This document shows positions 9,150-18,652 of a stretch of 64,000 nt of DNA, in pieces. Made by a program: the position numbers and the translations under genes. The notes under the pieces are model-generated. The model saw only the letters and a list, made by a program, of their open reading frames with translations, was not told the DNA's origin and did no database searches. This DNA comes from an uncultured delta proteobacterium (GTDB lineage: Bacteria > Myxococcota > Kuafuiibacteriia > Kuafuiibacteriales > Kuafuiibacteriaceae). The stretch covers positions 992,001-1,056,000 of the forward strand of contig CAWDML010000003.1 in the NCBI GenBank assembly GCA_963803435.1, given 5' to 3'. The stretch's first letter is position 1; every line of letters starts with the position of its first letter.

Positions 9150-10103
9150 GTGAAGCGTGCCCTCGTCATCCTCAACCCCTCCTCGTGCGACTTCGAGGCC
9201 CAGCGGCGGTGGCCCGACCTGCGGCGCGTGCTCGAACAGCTGGGTGTAGTCGAGGTCGTGGAGACCGAGCCGGACGAGCGGGCCACCCGCGCGAAGGTGG
9301 CGGCCGCCGTCCGCGACGGGGGCTTCGAGCGCATGATCGCGATCGGCGGCGACGGCACCGTCCACACCGTGGTCAACGCGCTCCGGGATGTGGGGTTGGA
9401 GCGGAAGTATCGACTCGCGGTGATCCCTTTCGGTACCGCCAACGACGTGGCCAAGAGCCTCGGCCTCCCGATCCGCGATCACGACGCGCTCGCGCGGATC
9501 GCGATGAGCGACCACTTCGGCGCCTTCGACGTCGGCAAGGTGCGGATCCGTCGGGACGAACGCTACGAGGAGTGCGCCTTCGTCGACTCGGTCTCCGTCG
9601 GGATGGACGCCGACATCCTCTCCACGCGCAAGAAGTTTCGCGATCTCAAAGGCTATCTCTCGTACGTCCCGGCGATCGCGGAGCGCGCGGTGTCGCAGCA
9701 GAGCATCGACGTCCGGATCACCTGCGACGATCGCGTCATCGATGCGCGTGTTCTCAACCTGATCATCAACAACGCGCCCACGTACGCGGGCGAGCTGAAG
9801 CTGCCCGGATCGCTCGCGGACGACGGGCTCCTCGATCTCTATCTATTCAATCGGATCGAGTACGCGTCCAAGCTCCTCAGCTTCGCGATCAAGCAGGCCG
9901 ACCTCCTCGAGCTGGGTGTGAGCGATCTCCTCGAGGACCTCACCGAGAACCAGCGCACCTTCCGCGGCAAGCACATCAAGGTCCGGATGGCGTCGCCGCG
10001 GAGCCTGCAGGTGGACGGCGAGGTCTTCGGCACGGCCGACGAGGTCGAATGCGACGTGATCGCCCAGCTCGAGGTGCCGGTGCCCGAGAAGGGGCGGCCG
10101 TGA
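9150..10103 (+). CDS. Diacylglycerol kinase-family (YegS/BmrU) lipid kinase
   Basis: ILNPSS, GGDGT, PFGTANDVA, DDGLLD, QVDGE. Confidence 0.9.
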   Translation: MKRALVILNPSSCDFEAQRRWPDLRRVLEQLGVVEVVETEPDERATRAKVAAAVRDGGFERMIAIGGDGTVHTVVNALRDVGLERKYRLAVIPFGTANDVAKSLGLPIRDHDALARIAMSDHFGAFDVGKVRIRRDERYEECAFVDSVSVGMDADILSTRKKFRDLKGYLSYVPAIAERAVSQQSIDVRITCDDRVIDARVLNLIINNAPTYAGELKLPGSLADDGLLDLYLFNRIEYASKLLSFAIKQADLLELGVSDLLEDLTENQRTFRGKHIKVRMASPRSLQVDGEVFGTADEVECDVIAQLEVPVPEKGRP

Positions 10104-10116
10104 TACCTGTGAGTGT

Positions 10117-10974
10117 ATGGCGTCCTTCGATCCGAGCGGAAAGCTGGTCCTGATCACCGGCGGGGCCCGGGGCATCGGACGTGTCACCGCCTCTCGGTTC
10201 GCCGCGGACGGGGCCCGGGTGGTGATCGCCGATCTGGACGGCGGCGTCGCCGAGGAGACGGCGAAGGAGCTGGCCCTCGGCGGTGCGCGGGCACTCGACG
10301 TGGCTGACGGCCCCGCGTTCAAGTCGCTCGTCGAGGAGCTCGAGGCGAAGGAAGGTCCGATCGACGTCCTCATCAACAACGCCGGGATCATGTCGCTCGG
10401 TGGGTTCACGGAGCAGGCGCCGCGAAACGACGAGAAGCAGATCGGCGTGAACCTCCTCGGTGTCATCAACGGCATGCGCGCGGTCTTGCCGCGCATGGCC
10501 AAGCGGCAGCGCGGGCGGATCGTCAACGTGGCCTCGCAGGCGGGTCGGATCGGGGTGCCGGCTGCCGCGGTCTACTCGGCGACGAAGCACGCCGTCTGCG
10601 GGCTGACGGAGTCGGTGCGGCTCGAGTATCGCGGGTCCGGGATCCGCTTCACCTACGTGCTGCCCGCGCCCGTGCGGACGGAGCTGTTCGCCGGGGCCAA
10701 GGAGCTCAAGTTTCCGCCCCTGGTGGAGCCCGAGGACGTGGCGGACGCGATCCTCGACGCCGTTCGCACCGGAAAGCTCGAGGTCTACGTGCCGAAGATC
10801 GGCCGGCTGCTGGCGATCCTCCCCGGCATCCTCCCGCTCCGGCTGCGGGATCGGATCGGCGACCTGCTGGGGCTGGGGAAGATGTTCACCGACTTCGATC
10901 CGGAGGCCCGCAAGCTCTACGCCGCCCGCACGACCGAGCGCGACGCCCGGCCCGATCTCAAGGTCCTGCGCTGA
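10117..10974 (+). CDS. Short-chain dehydrogenase/reductase
   Basis: TGGARGIG, NNAG, YSATK. Confidence 0.95.
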   Translation: MASFDPSGKLVLITGGARGIGRVTASRFAADGARVVIADLDGGVAEETAKELALGGARALDVADGPAFKSLVEELEAKEGPIDVLINNAGIMSLGGFTEQAPRNDEKQIGVNLLGVINGMRAVLPRMAKRQRGRIVNVASQAGRIGVPAAAVYSATKHAVCGLTESVRLEYRGSGIRFTYVLPAPVRTELFAGAKELKFPPLVEPEDVADAILDAVRTGKLEVYVPKIGRLLAILPGILPLRLRDRIGDLLGLGKMFTDFDPEARKLYAARTTERDARPDLKVLR

Positions 10975-11542
10975 CCGCGAGCGCGCGCAGCGATCCGATC
11001 TCGACGATCTCCTCGAGCGCCCCGTGGCTCACGATCACCGTGGGGATCGTCGTCGCCACGCCGCGGGCCAGCTGCAGCACGCGCGCGCGCAGGCGGGCGT
11101 CGAGGGGTGACAGGGGCTCGTCGAGCAAGAGCAGCCGCTCTGCGGCCAGGACCGCGCGGCCCACGCCGACGCGCCGCCTCTCTCCGCCCGAGAGCTCGCG
11201 GGGGCGCCGCGCGAGCAGCGGCTCCAGCTCGAGCGCGTCGACCACGGCCTCGAGGCTCGCCGCGCGCCGTCCGAACCGCAGGTTCCGCTCCACGGTCAGG
11301 TGAGGGAACAGGCGATCGTCCTGGAAGGCGTAGCCCACGCCCCGGCGGTGCGGTGGGAGCGCCTGGAGCGCCACCCCATCGAGCGTCACGGTGCCCCGCG
11401 CGGGGACCAGGCCCGCCAGCAGATCGAGCAGCGTCGACTTGCCGGAGCCCGATGGGCCGCTGACGACGGAGAACGCGCCGAGCGTCCCGCAGTAGTGCGC
11501 CGCGTACGCGCCCCGCGTGACCTGCGCGTCGAACGCGATCAC
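10958..11542 (-). CDS. modC: Molybdate ABC transporter ATPase (short form, no TOBE domain)
   Basis: GPSGSGKST, LSGGE, LLLDEP. Lies downstream of modB. Confidence 0.85.
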   Translation of the reverse strand: MIAFDAQVTRGAYAAHYCGTLGAFSVVSGPSGSGKSTLLDLLAGLVPARGTVTLDGVALQALPPHRRGVGYAFQDDRLFPHLTVERNLRFGRRAASLEAVVDALELEPLLARRPRELSGGERRRVGVGRAVLAAERLLLLDEPLSPLDARLRARVLQLARGVATTIPTVIVSHGALEEIVEIGSLRALAVSAGP

Positions 11543-12204
11543 GGGCGCCTCCGGCTCAGAGCTTCGCTGGCCACCAGCGCGAGGATCGCCAGCACCAGCG
11601 ACACGAGGACCAATCGCGCCGCGGTGGCGTCGCCATCGGGGCGCTGGAGCGCGGAGTAGATCGCGAGGGGGAGCGTGCGCGTCCGCCCGGCCACGTTGCC
11701 GGCGAAGGTGATGGTGGCGCCGAACTCGCCCAGGCTACGGGCGAACGCCAGGAGCGCGCCCGTGATGACACCGGGAGCCGCCAGCGGGAGGGCGATGCGG
11801 AGGAACAGCGCGATCGGAGCGGCGCCGAGCGAGCTGCCGGCCTCGAGGAGCTTCGGATCGATCGCCTCGAAGGACTGGCGGATGGCGCGGACCGCCAGTG
11901 GGAACGCCACCACCGCGGAAGCGAGGGCGGCGCCGGCCGCGTGGAAGGGGAGCTCGACCCCGAAGACGTCGAACAGCGGACCGCCGAGGAGACCGCGGCG
12001 GCCCACCAGCACCAGGAGCAGGTATCCGGTCACGACGGGGGGTAGCACCAGCGGGGCGGTGACGAGCGCCTCGACGAGCGCCTTCCCGAAGAAGCGGCGC
12101 CGCGCCAGGAACCAGGCCATCGCGATGGCTGGCGGCAACAAGAGCAGCACCGCCGACCCCGACACGACCAAGGAGAGCAGGACGATCTGCTGGGTGTCGC
12201 TCAT
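11539..12204 (-). CDS. modB: Molybdate ABC transporter permease
   Basis: PLVLPPVVTGYLL, FARSLGEFGATITFAGN, TLPLAIY. ATG at 12204 overlaps the modA stop. Confidence 0.95.
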   Translation of the reverse strand: MSDTQQIVLLSLVVSGSAVLLLLPPAIAMAWFLARRRFFGKALVEALVTAPLVLPPVVTGYLLLVLVGRRGLLGGPLFDVFGVELPFHAAGAALASAVVAFPLAVRAIRQSFEAIDPKLLEAGSSLGAAPIALFLRIALPLAAPGVITGALLAFARSLGEFGATITFAGNVAGRTRTLPLAIYSALQRPDGDATAARLVLVSLVLAILALVASEALSRRRP

Positions 12205-12869
12205 GGCGGAAGGAAGCCGAAGCGTCCCAGGACCCTCTGTCCGTCGGGCGCGGTGAGCCGATCGAAGAGCGCCTTCGCCCGGGGATCGAGCAGGACGGCC
12301 GCGTAGTGGATGGGCGTGGGGGTCTCGAGCTCCGCGACGATCCGGACCTTGGTCGAGAGGAGGGCGTCGGTGCGGTAGACGATCCCGGCGTCCACCTCGC
12401 CGCGCTCCACCAGCGCGAGCGCGGCCCGGACGTCGGCTGCGGCGGCAACCGAGCCCTCGCGATAGCGACCCAGCTTCTGCAAGGCAGCCTGCGCGTACTT
12501 GCCGGCGGGTACATGGCTGGGATCGCCGAGGGCGAGCCTCCCCGAGAGGAGGGCATCGGCCGAGCGGCGCTCGTCGTTGGGCGCGATCAGGACCAGCCGG
12601 TTGCTCGCGATGATCTTCTGCGCCTGCACCGGAATGTGGGTCGCGAGATAGTCGGCCCACTCGAGGTCGGCGGAGATGAAGAGGTCGGCCTCGGCGCCCG
12701 AGGCGATCTGGCGGGCGAGGACGGACGAGGCTGCGGCGCTGATCTCGGCGCCGTCGGCCAGGGCTTCGACGGGCTCCTGCATCGAGGCCGCCGTGAAGAT
12801 GCGGAGGGCGTCGGGCCCCTCCGCGCGGCAGGCGAGCGGCAGTACCAGCAGCGCGAGCTCAATTCGCAT
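12201..12869 (-). CDS. modA: Molybdate-binding lipoprotein
   Basis: Lipobox PLAC, AASM, ASSVLARQI, ADLFISA, VPAGKYA, DAGIVYRTDA. Confidence 0.93.
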   Translation of the reverse strand: MRIELALLVLPLACRAEGPDALRIFTAASMQEPVEALADGAEISAAASSVLARQIASGAEADLFISADLEWADYLATHIPVQAQKIIASNRLVLIAPNDERRSADALLSGRLALGDPSHVPAGKYAQAALQKLGRYREGSVAAAADVRAALALVERGEVDAGIVYRTDALLSTKVRIVAELETPTPIHYAAVLLDPRAKALFDRLTAPDGQRVLGRFGFLPP

Positions 12870-13875
12870 GCGCGAGCCCTCCGCAGCGCTCGGCGTCGAT
12901 CCCGGGGAGGGCGGCGAGGGCCTGCCGGAACGGCCGGCTCTGGATCGCAGCCACCAGCGCCTCGCCGCGCGGGTCGTCGAGGAGCTCGGTCGGGACGGCC
13001 AGGTCGTAGAGCGCGGTCTCGACGGAGAGGAACCCGAGGCCCCGCTCGAGCGCCGCCAGCCGGAGCGAGACGCCGGCCTCGGCAAAGCCGCTGGCGACGA
13101 TGTCGGCGACGGCGCGGTGATCGCGCGCGGTCCGAGCCAGGTCGTGCGGCCGGCGCGCGGGCGGGGCGGCGTCGAGGACGCGGTCGAGGCAGGCGCGTGC
13201 GCCCGAACCGATCGGACGGCTCACCCAGACGGCCTCGGGACGGATCAAATCCTCCGTGGTGGTCGGGCCGGCACGTCGGTGGGCGAGCCCGACGTCCCAC
13301 GCCGCCACCGACAGCAGCGCTCGACCCGGCGCCGCGGTTCGGTGTCGATCCGGATCCTCCCGCGTGGCCAGGTGGATGCCGGCGGCGTGGACGAGTCCGG
13401 CGTCGAGGAGCGCGAGCGCGTCGCGGCTCGAGCGTGCGAGCGCGATCAGGCGGACGCCGCGCTCGGCCAGCGCGCCGGCTAGGATCGGCGCCAGCGGATC
13501 ACAGGTCGCGACCACGAGCGTGCGGTCGAGCGGCGCCTCTTCGAGCAGGTCGGGGATTGGGGGCCCCGCCAGGAGGGGCTCGAGCGGATAGCCCACGATG
13601 CGGCCGCCGACCCGCGCCGCGTAGAAGGCTGGGGCGGCGGGCGCGGCCCACGCGTCCACCGCCTCCGGCGCGAACAGTCGCTCGACGGTGGTCCCGAGGG
13701 CCTTCGCCAGCGCCAGGGCGGCGTCGACGGAGGGCGCGCTGCGGCCGTTCTCCAGGGCGGAGAGGGTCGCGCGGGGGACGCCCGCCCGGGCCGCCAGCTC
13801 AACCTGCGACCAGCCGCGACGGCGGCGCTCGACCGCCAGGCGGTAACGCTCTGGTCGGTCGATTGCCCGGCCCAT
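12859..13875 (-). CDS. XRE-family HTH fused to a PBP (molybdate-binding) domain; regulator of the mod operon
   Basis: RRRRGWSQVELA..AGVPRATLSALENG, then a PBP domain (SSRDAL, HAAGIHL, RPIGSGAR). Heads the mod operon. Confidence 0.85.
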   Translation of the reverse strand: MGRAIDRPERYRLAVERRRRGWSQVELAARAGVPRATLSALENGRSAPSVDAALALAKALGTTVERLFAPEAVDAWAAPAAPAFYAARVGGRIVGYPLEPLLAGPPIPDLLEEAPLDRTLVVATCDPLAPILAGALAERGVRLIALARSSRDALALLDAGLVHAAGIHLATREDPDRHRTAAPGRALLSVAAWDVGLAHRRAGPTTTEDLIRPEAVWVSRPIGSGARACLDRVLDAAPPARRPHDLARTARDHRAVADIVASGFAEAGVSLRLAALERGLGFLSVETALYDLAVPTELLDDPRGEALVAAIQSRPFRQALAALPGIDAERCGGLAHAN

Positions 13876-14083
13876 GACAGAATCTCATCCGCTCTCGCTC
13901 GAATTCGGGCAACCAGGATCGGCGAGCGGTGTCATCATGCTGAAATCGAAGTTCGTAACTGCTGGCAACTCTTGCCCTTCTCCAGGTGCACCGCAACCGG
14001 CGGCACCGCAGTGTTGCTGTGATCGAGGTGCACTTTGCACACGACCGGGTTGCGTGTGGCGGCCGATCCACTGGGGGGCATCC

Positions 14084-14098
14084 TGGCCTGGCCTTTGC
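14084..14098 (+). promoter_or_regulatory. Putative sigma54 -24/-12 promoter
   Basis: TGGCCTGGCCTTTGC has the GG-N10-GC spacing and lies ~55 nt upstream of the ATG at 14154. TGCAC/GGCACC motifs at ~13986-14040 could be activator sites. Confidence 0.55.
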
Positions 14099-14153
14099 CT
14101 TACCAGGAGACGTCGCTAGGACAGGCGACGCCAGAGAGAAGGAGTTCGGCTCA

Positions 14154-15251
14154 ATGCAATCCATCCATCAACTGCTCGGCGGGTCCTATCTGCTCCGCGC
14201 GCTGGGGCTCCCGGTCGACAACGTCATCCAGGGCCTCGAGGACTTCCACGACCAGTTCTACCAGCTCCAGGGCCTGCAGGACACGTTCAGCCTCTGCGCC
14301 GGGATGATGGGCGCCAACATGCTGGCGAACCTGCTCCAGAACGGTGGGATCCCAGGCGCGATGTTCATGCCGCCGCCCAATCAGGGCAGCTGCGGGTGCG
14401 GCGGCCAGTACGCGCCCTCCGTCGGCTTCGACTTCGGCGCGGCTCCCGGTCAGAGCCCGTTCAGCCTGGGATCGCTCATGCAGCGCCAGCGCGGCGGCAT
14501 GTTCGAGCAGTTCCTCCAGCAGAATCCGTTCGCGCGGGCGCAGGTGGAGATGATGCTGGGCGGGCGGATCCTCCCCGACGGCCTCCCCGACGGCCGGATC
14601 CGCGTGCAGCCGTTCTCCGCGGGCGGCATCCCCGGCGGCGCCAACCCGGCCGCCATGTCCGCGCTCGGCGTCCTCGATCAGCTCTCCCGCGCCGCCATGG
14701 CGACCGGCATGCCGCAGGCGTTCGGCCCCGGCATGTTCCAGTCGATGATGCTGGGCGCGCTCAACAACGTGCTCAATCAGGGCGGCGGCGGGAACAACCG
14801 CGGGTTTGATCTCTTCAACCCCGGCGATTTCCTCGGCGATGGTGGCGCCCCCTTCCAGCGGGGCGTGAACAGCCCGACCCAGGGCGCGTTCGGGATCGAG
14901 CCGGAGAACGGCGATGCGTCCGGCATTCTCAACGACTCGAGCCTCACCGTCGAAGACAAGGTCTGCCTCATGATCATGCTGATCATGAAGAAGATGGATA
15001 AGGACATCGAGAAGATGGCCAACTACATCAACCAGCTCCAGCAGCAACAGAACGGCGGCGGCGGCGGCAAGGGCGGTGGAAAGGGTGGCAAGGGCGGTGG
15101 CGGCGGCGGAAGCAGCCCGTCGATCGACGTCGAGACGATGAAGCTGAAGCGCCTGATCGACAAGCGCTCGCAGATGTTCGACATGCTCCGGCAGATCATC
15201 GACAAGTACAACCAGACCGCCAAGGGCATCATCGACTCCATGGGCCGCTGA
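14154..15251 (+). CDS. Gly/Met/Gln-rich hypothetical protein with a T3SS-filament-like helical C-terminus
   Basis: RBS AAGGAG at 14139-14144 and ATG at 14154. No signal peptide. Ends ETMKLKRLIDKRSQMFDMLRQIIDKYNQTAKGIIDSMGR. Confidence 0.75.
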   Translation: MQSIHQLLGGSYLLRALGLPVDNVIQGLEDFHDQFYQLQGLQDTFSLCAGMMGANMLANLLQNGGIPGAMFMPPPNQGSCGCGGQYAPSVGFDFGAAPGQSPFSLGSLMQRQRGGMFEQFLQQNPFARAQVEMMLGGRILPDGLPDGRIRVQPFSAGGIPGGANPAAMSALGVLDQLSRAAMATGMPQAFGPGMFQSMMLGALNNVLNQGGGGNNRGFDLFNPGDFLGDGGAPFQRGVNSPTQGAFGIEPENGDASGILNDSSLTVEDKVCLMIMLIMKKMDKDIEKMANYINQLQQQQNGGGGGKGGGKGGKGGGGGGSSPSIDVETMKLKRLIDKRSQMFDMLRQIIDKYNQTAKGIIDSMGR

Positions 15252-15314
15252 TTCCTCCCGCGCTTCGCTTGCGCGTGGCGAGGCCGGCCGCTTTCGTGGT
15301 CTCCTTCGCGGTGC

Positions 15315-17162
15315 GTGGTCCGGCCGTTCCCCGACAAGAAGAAGTCGACGATCCGGTGGTCCGAGGTCGTCGACTCGATGCGCCAGATGCCGCGCGCGAT
15401 GCGGCTCGTCCTCGAGGCCAGCATCGGGAGCGCCCTCGGCATCGTGATCTCGGGGCTGGTGCGATCGCTGATCCCGCTGGCGGTGGCGTGGGTGGGGAAG
15501 CTGATCGTCGACGGCGTCGTCGTCGCCGTGAAGACGCATGATCCCGAGGCCCAGCGGCAGGTGCTGATGTGGGTCGCGCTCGAGTTCGCGCTGATGGCGC
15601 TGACCGGGCTGATCACCGGGGTGCAAGGCCTGTTGCGGTCGCTGCTCGGGGCCCGGCTCGCGTACGTCATCAACATCAAGATCCTGGAGAAGGCGCTGAC
15701 GCTCGACCTGATCCACTTCGAGAACCCGGAGGTCTACGACAAGCTCCAAAACGCGCGGCGGGAGGCCAGCTCGCGGCCCTTGAACCTTTTCGTCAACGGC
15801 GTCGATCTCGTGGGCAACGTCATCACGCTCGCGTCCTACGGCGTCCTGCTGCTGACGTTCGACTGGCTGACGCTCCTGATCCTGGTGGTCGCCACGGTGC
15901 CGGCGTTCGTCGTCGAGGCGCGGTTCTCCGGGGAGGCGTTCCGCCTGTTCTCCTGGCGCGCGCCCGAGTCACGCAAGATGCGCTACCTCGAGCTGGTCCT
16001 CACCTGGGACACCCACGCCAAGGAGGTGAAGCTGTACCAGCTCGCCGAGGAGATCATGAAGCGCTATCGCGCGCTCTACGACGAGCTCTTCGACGAGGAG
16101 CGCTCCCTCTCGATCCGCCGCGCCGTGTGGGGCTTCGTGCTGGGCCTGATCTCCACGATCGCGCTCTACGGATGCTACGCGTGGATCGTGGCCCGCACGG
16201 TGGCCGGGATCCTCACGCTGGGCGACATGACCCTCTACATCAGCGTGTTCCGCCAGGGGCAGGGCGCCCTTCGGAACATCCTCAAGGCGATCGGTACGAC
16301 GTACGAGGACAACCTCTTCATGTCGAACCTCTTCTCCTTCTTCGAGATCCCAACGGCGGGTGAGGTCCCGGCGCGCTACGATCCGGGTGAGGCCGCCCTC
16401 GAGCGCACGGGCTTCGTGCTGGAGAACGTGTCCTTCCGCTATCCGGGCACCGAGAAGTGGGCGCTTCACGACGTCAGCCTTCGCATCGACGCGAACGAGA
16501 GCCTGGCGATCGTCGGTGAAAACGGGGCCGGCAAGACCACGCTGATCAAGCTGCTGACCGGCCTCTATCAGCCGGTCTCCGGCACGATCACGCTGGATGG
16601 CAGGCCGCTCTCCTCGTTTCCGCCCGAGGTGCTGCGCCGCCGCTTTGGGGTGGTGTTGCAGGACTTCGTCCGCTACCAGTTCACGGCCCGCGACAACGTC
16701 GGGCTGGGCCGTCCCGATCGCCTGACCGACGACGACATGATCGTGGCGGCCGCCGAGAAGGGCGGGGCGAAGGCGCCGATCGACGCGCTCCCCCATGGCT
16801 TCGACACGCAGCTCGGCCGCTGGTTCGAGGGCGGCGTCGAGCTCTCCACCGGCAACTGGCAGAAGGTCGCGGTCTCGCGCGCGTTCATGCGCGAGGCCGA
16901 TATCCTGGTCCTCGACGAGCCGACGGCCGCGCTCGACGCCGAAGCCGAGCACGCGCTCTTCCAGCGCTTCCGCCAGCTCACTGACGGCAAGATGGCGCTC
17001 TTGATCTCGCACCGCTTCTCCACCGTTCGCATGGCCGATCGGATCGTGGTCCTCGCGGGCGGGCAGGTGGAGGAGATCGGGACGCACGGCGAGCTCTTGG
17101 AGAAGGGCGGGCGCTATGCGCACCTGTTCAACCTGCAGGCCAAGGGCTACGCGATCGATTGA
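15315..17162 (+). CDS. ABC transporter, fused permease/ATPase (exporter type)
   Basis: TM domain plus GENGAGKT, LSTGNWQK, LVLDEPT, ISHRFSTV. Confidence 0.93.
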   Translation: MVRPFPDKKKSTIRWSEVVDSMRQMPRAMRLVLEASIGSALGIVISGLVRSLIPLAVAWVGKLIVDGVVVAVKTHDPEAQRQVLMWVALEFALMALTGLITGVQGLLRSLLGARLAYVINIKILEKALTLDLIHFENPEVYDKLQNARREASSRPLNLFVNGVDLVGNVITLASYGVLLLTFDWLTLLILVVATVPAFVVEARFSGEAFRLFSWRAPESRKMRYLELVLTWDTHAKEVKLYQLAEEIMKRYRALYDELFDEERSLSIRRAVWGFVLGLISTIALYGCYAWIVARTVAGILTLGDMTLYISVFRQGQGALRNILKAIGTTYEDNLFMSNLFSFFEIPTAGEVPARYDPGEAALERTGFVLENVSFRYPGTEKWALHDVSLRIDANESLAIVGENGAGKTTLIKLLTGLYQPVSGTITLDGRPLSSFPPEVLRRRFGVVLQDFVRYQFTARDNVGLGRPDRLTDDDMIVAAAEKGGAKAPIDALPHGFDTQLGRWFEGGVELSTGNWQKVAVSRAFMREADILVLDEPTAALDAEAEHALFQRFRQLTDGKMALLISHRFSTVRMADRIVVLAGGQVEEIGTHGELLEKGGRYAHLFNLQAKGYAID

Positions 17163-17169
17163 GGCGCGC

Positions 17170-17427
17170 TCAGCCGCCGCTCAACGCCTGGACGAGCACG
17201 ACCGCGTCGGTCGGCTCGAGCCGGTGCGTCATCTCGAACACCTGCTCGCCGTTGACGAAGAACCGCATGTGGGGGCGCATCGTCTCCTGCTCGTCGATCA
17301 CCCGGAAGCGGATCCCGGGATAGCGGCGGTCGAGATCGTCGAGGAGCGCGGCGATCGTCGCGCCCTCCGCCTCCACCACCTTCTCCTTGGTGTACGAGCG
17401 CAGCGGAGTCGGGATCAGGACCTTCAC
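17170..17427 (-). CDS. MoaD/ThiS-family ubiquitin-like protein
   Basis: MKVLIPTPLRSYT...RFFVNGE...VQALSGG*. The GTG start overlaps the upstream stop. Confidence 0.9.
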   Translation of the reverse strand: MKVLIPTPLRSYTKEKVVEAEGATIAALLDDLDRRYPGIRFRVIDEQETMRPHMRFFVNGEQVFEMTHRLEPTDAVVLVQALSGG

Positions 17428-18599
17428 AGCTCGGTGGCCTCGACCGCGTAGATCTCGGGGAGGTCCTGAGCGATGCAGCTCCAGCGCTCGCCCTCGTCCC
17501 GGCTCATCCAGAGCGACCCGCCGGTGGTGCCGAAGTACAGGCCGACCGGATCCTTGCTGTCGGCCGTCATCGCCTGCCGCTTGACGGTCCACCAGGCCTG
17601 GCTCTCGGGCATGCCGGCGTCGAGGCGCTGCCACTTCTTCCCGCCGTTCCTGGTCGCGTAGACCGCAGGCGCGCCGCCCGGGCTGGTGCGCGGCCAGACC
17701 GAGGTCCCGTCCATCGGGAACACCCAGGCGGTGTCGGGGTCGCGGGGATGGACGACCATCGGGAAGCCGACGTCGCCCACCTTCTTCGGCATCTTGGTCC
17801 CGATCCGCACCCAGGTGGTCGACGGCCGATCCAGGCGATAGATGCCGCAGTGGTTCTGCTGATAGAGGCGGTCGGGCTGGCTGGGCGCCATCCGGACGCA
17901 GTGCGGATCGTGGAAGGAGAGGTTCGTCGGATCGAAGCCCTCGACCACCTCCATCCCGTCGATGAGCGGCGTCCAGGTCGCGCCCCGATCGGTCGATTCG
18001 TGCACGCCGCCGCTCGACATGCCGAGGTACAGATGGGCCGGATCCCGGGGGTCGACCAGGATCGAGTGCATCTTCGGTCCGTTGGGCGTGCCGTCCTGCG
18101 AGCCGCCCATCCAGGAGCGGTACTGCTCGTTGTCGTTCAGCCCGGGCATCGGCTGCCAGGTGACGCCGGCATCTTCGGAGCGGAAGAGACCGTGGGGCGA
18201 GGTGCCCGCGTACCAGACGCCCGCCTCGTCCGCGTGACCCGGCGTGAGCCAGAATGTGTGATCGACCGTGCGTCCCTTCTCGCCCTCGGGCACCTTGGGG
18301 AACGCGGGCGGTCGCTCCGCCTCCTTCCAGCTCCGGCCGAGATCCGTCGAGCGGAAGACGGTCGGTCCCAGATGTCCGGTCTTCGCCGCCGCCAAGAGCG
18401 TCTTCCAATCGCGCGGATCGAGCACCACGTGGTTGATGATGTGGCCGAGGAAGTGCGGACCATCGACGGCCCAGCTCTTCCGCTTCGAGTCGCTCCGGTA
18501 GAACCATGCGCCCTTGCGCGTGGCGACCAGCACCACGACGCCCCGCTTGGCCTTGGAGCCTTTCGCTTTCTTGGTGGGTTTCTTTGGGGCGCGCGACAT
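17424..18599 (-). CDS. BNR/Asp-box beta-propeller protein
   Basis: Repeated S.D.G.(S/T)W boxes (STDLGRSW, SEDAGVTW, STDRGATW, SRDEGERW) and QQNHCGIYR. Confidence 0.85.
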   Translation of the reverse strand: MSRAPKKPTKKAKGSKAKRGVVVLVATRKGAWFYRSDSKRKSWAVDGPHFLGHIINHVVLDPRDWKTLLAAAKTGHLGPTVFRSTDLGRSWKEAERPPAFPKVPEGEKGRTVDHTFWLTPGHADEAGVWYAGTSPHGLFRSEDAGVTWQPMPGLNDNEQYRSWMGGSQDGTPNGPKMHSILVDPRDPAHLYLGMSSGGVHESTDRGATWTPLIDGMEVVEGFDPTNLSFHDPHCVRMAPSQPDRLYQQNHCGIYRLDRPSTTWVRIGTKMPKKVGDVGFPMVVHPRDPDTAWVFPMDGTSVWPRTSPGGAPAVYATRNGGKKWQRLDAGMPESQAWWTVKRQAMTADSKDPVGLYFGTTGGSLWMSRDEGERWSCIAQDLPEIYAVEATEL

Positions 18600-18652
18600 G
18601 GCCGGTGCTCCTACTCCGAAGGTGGGCGTCACGTCGAGCCGGGAGATCGCGC

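Noticed and set aside
13963-13976. TGGCAACTCTTGC as a second sigma54 promoter
   Set aside because: The spacing is GG-N8-GC, not the required N10.
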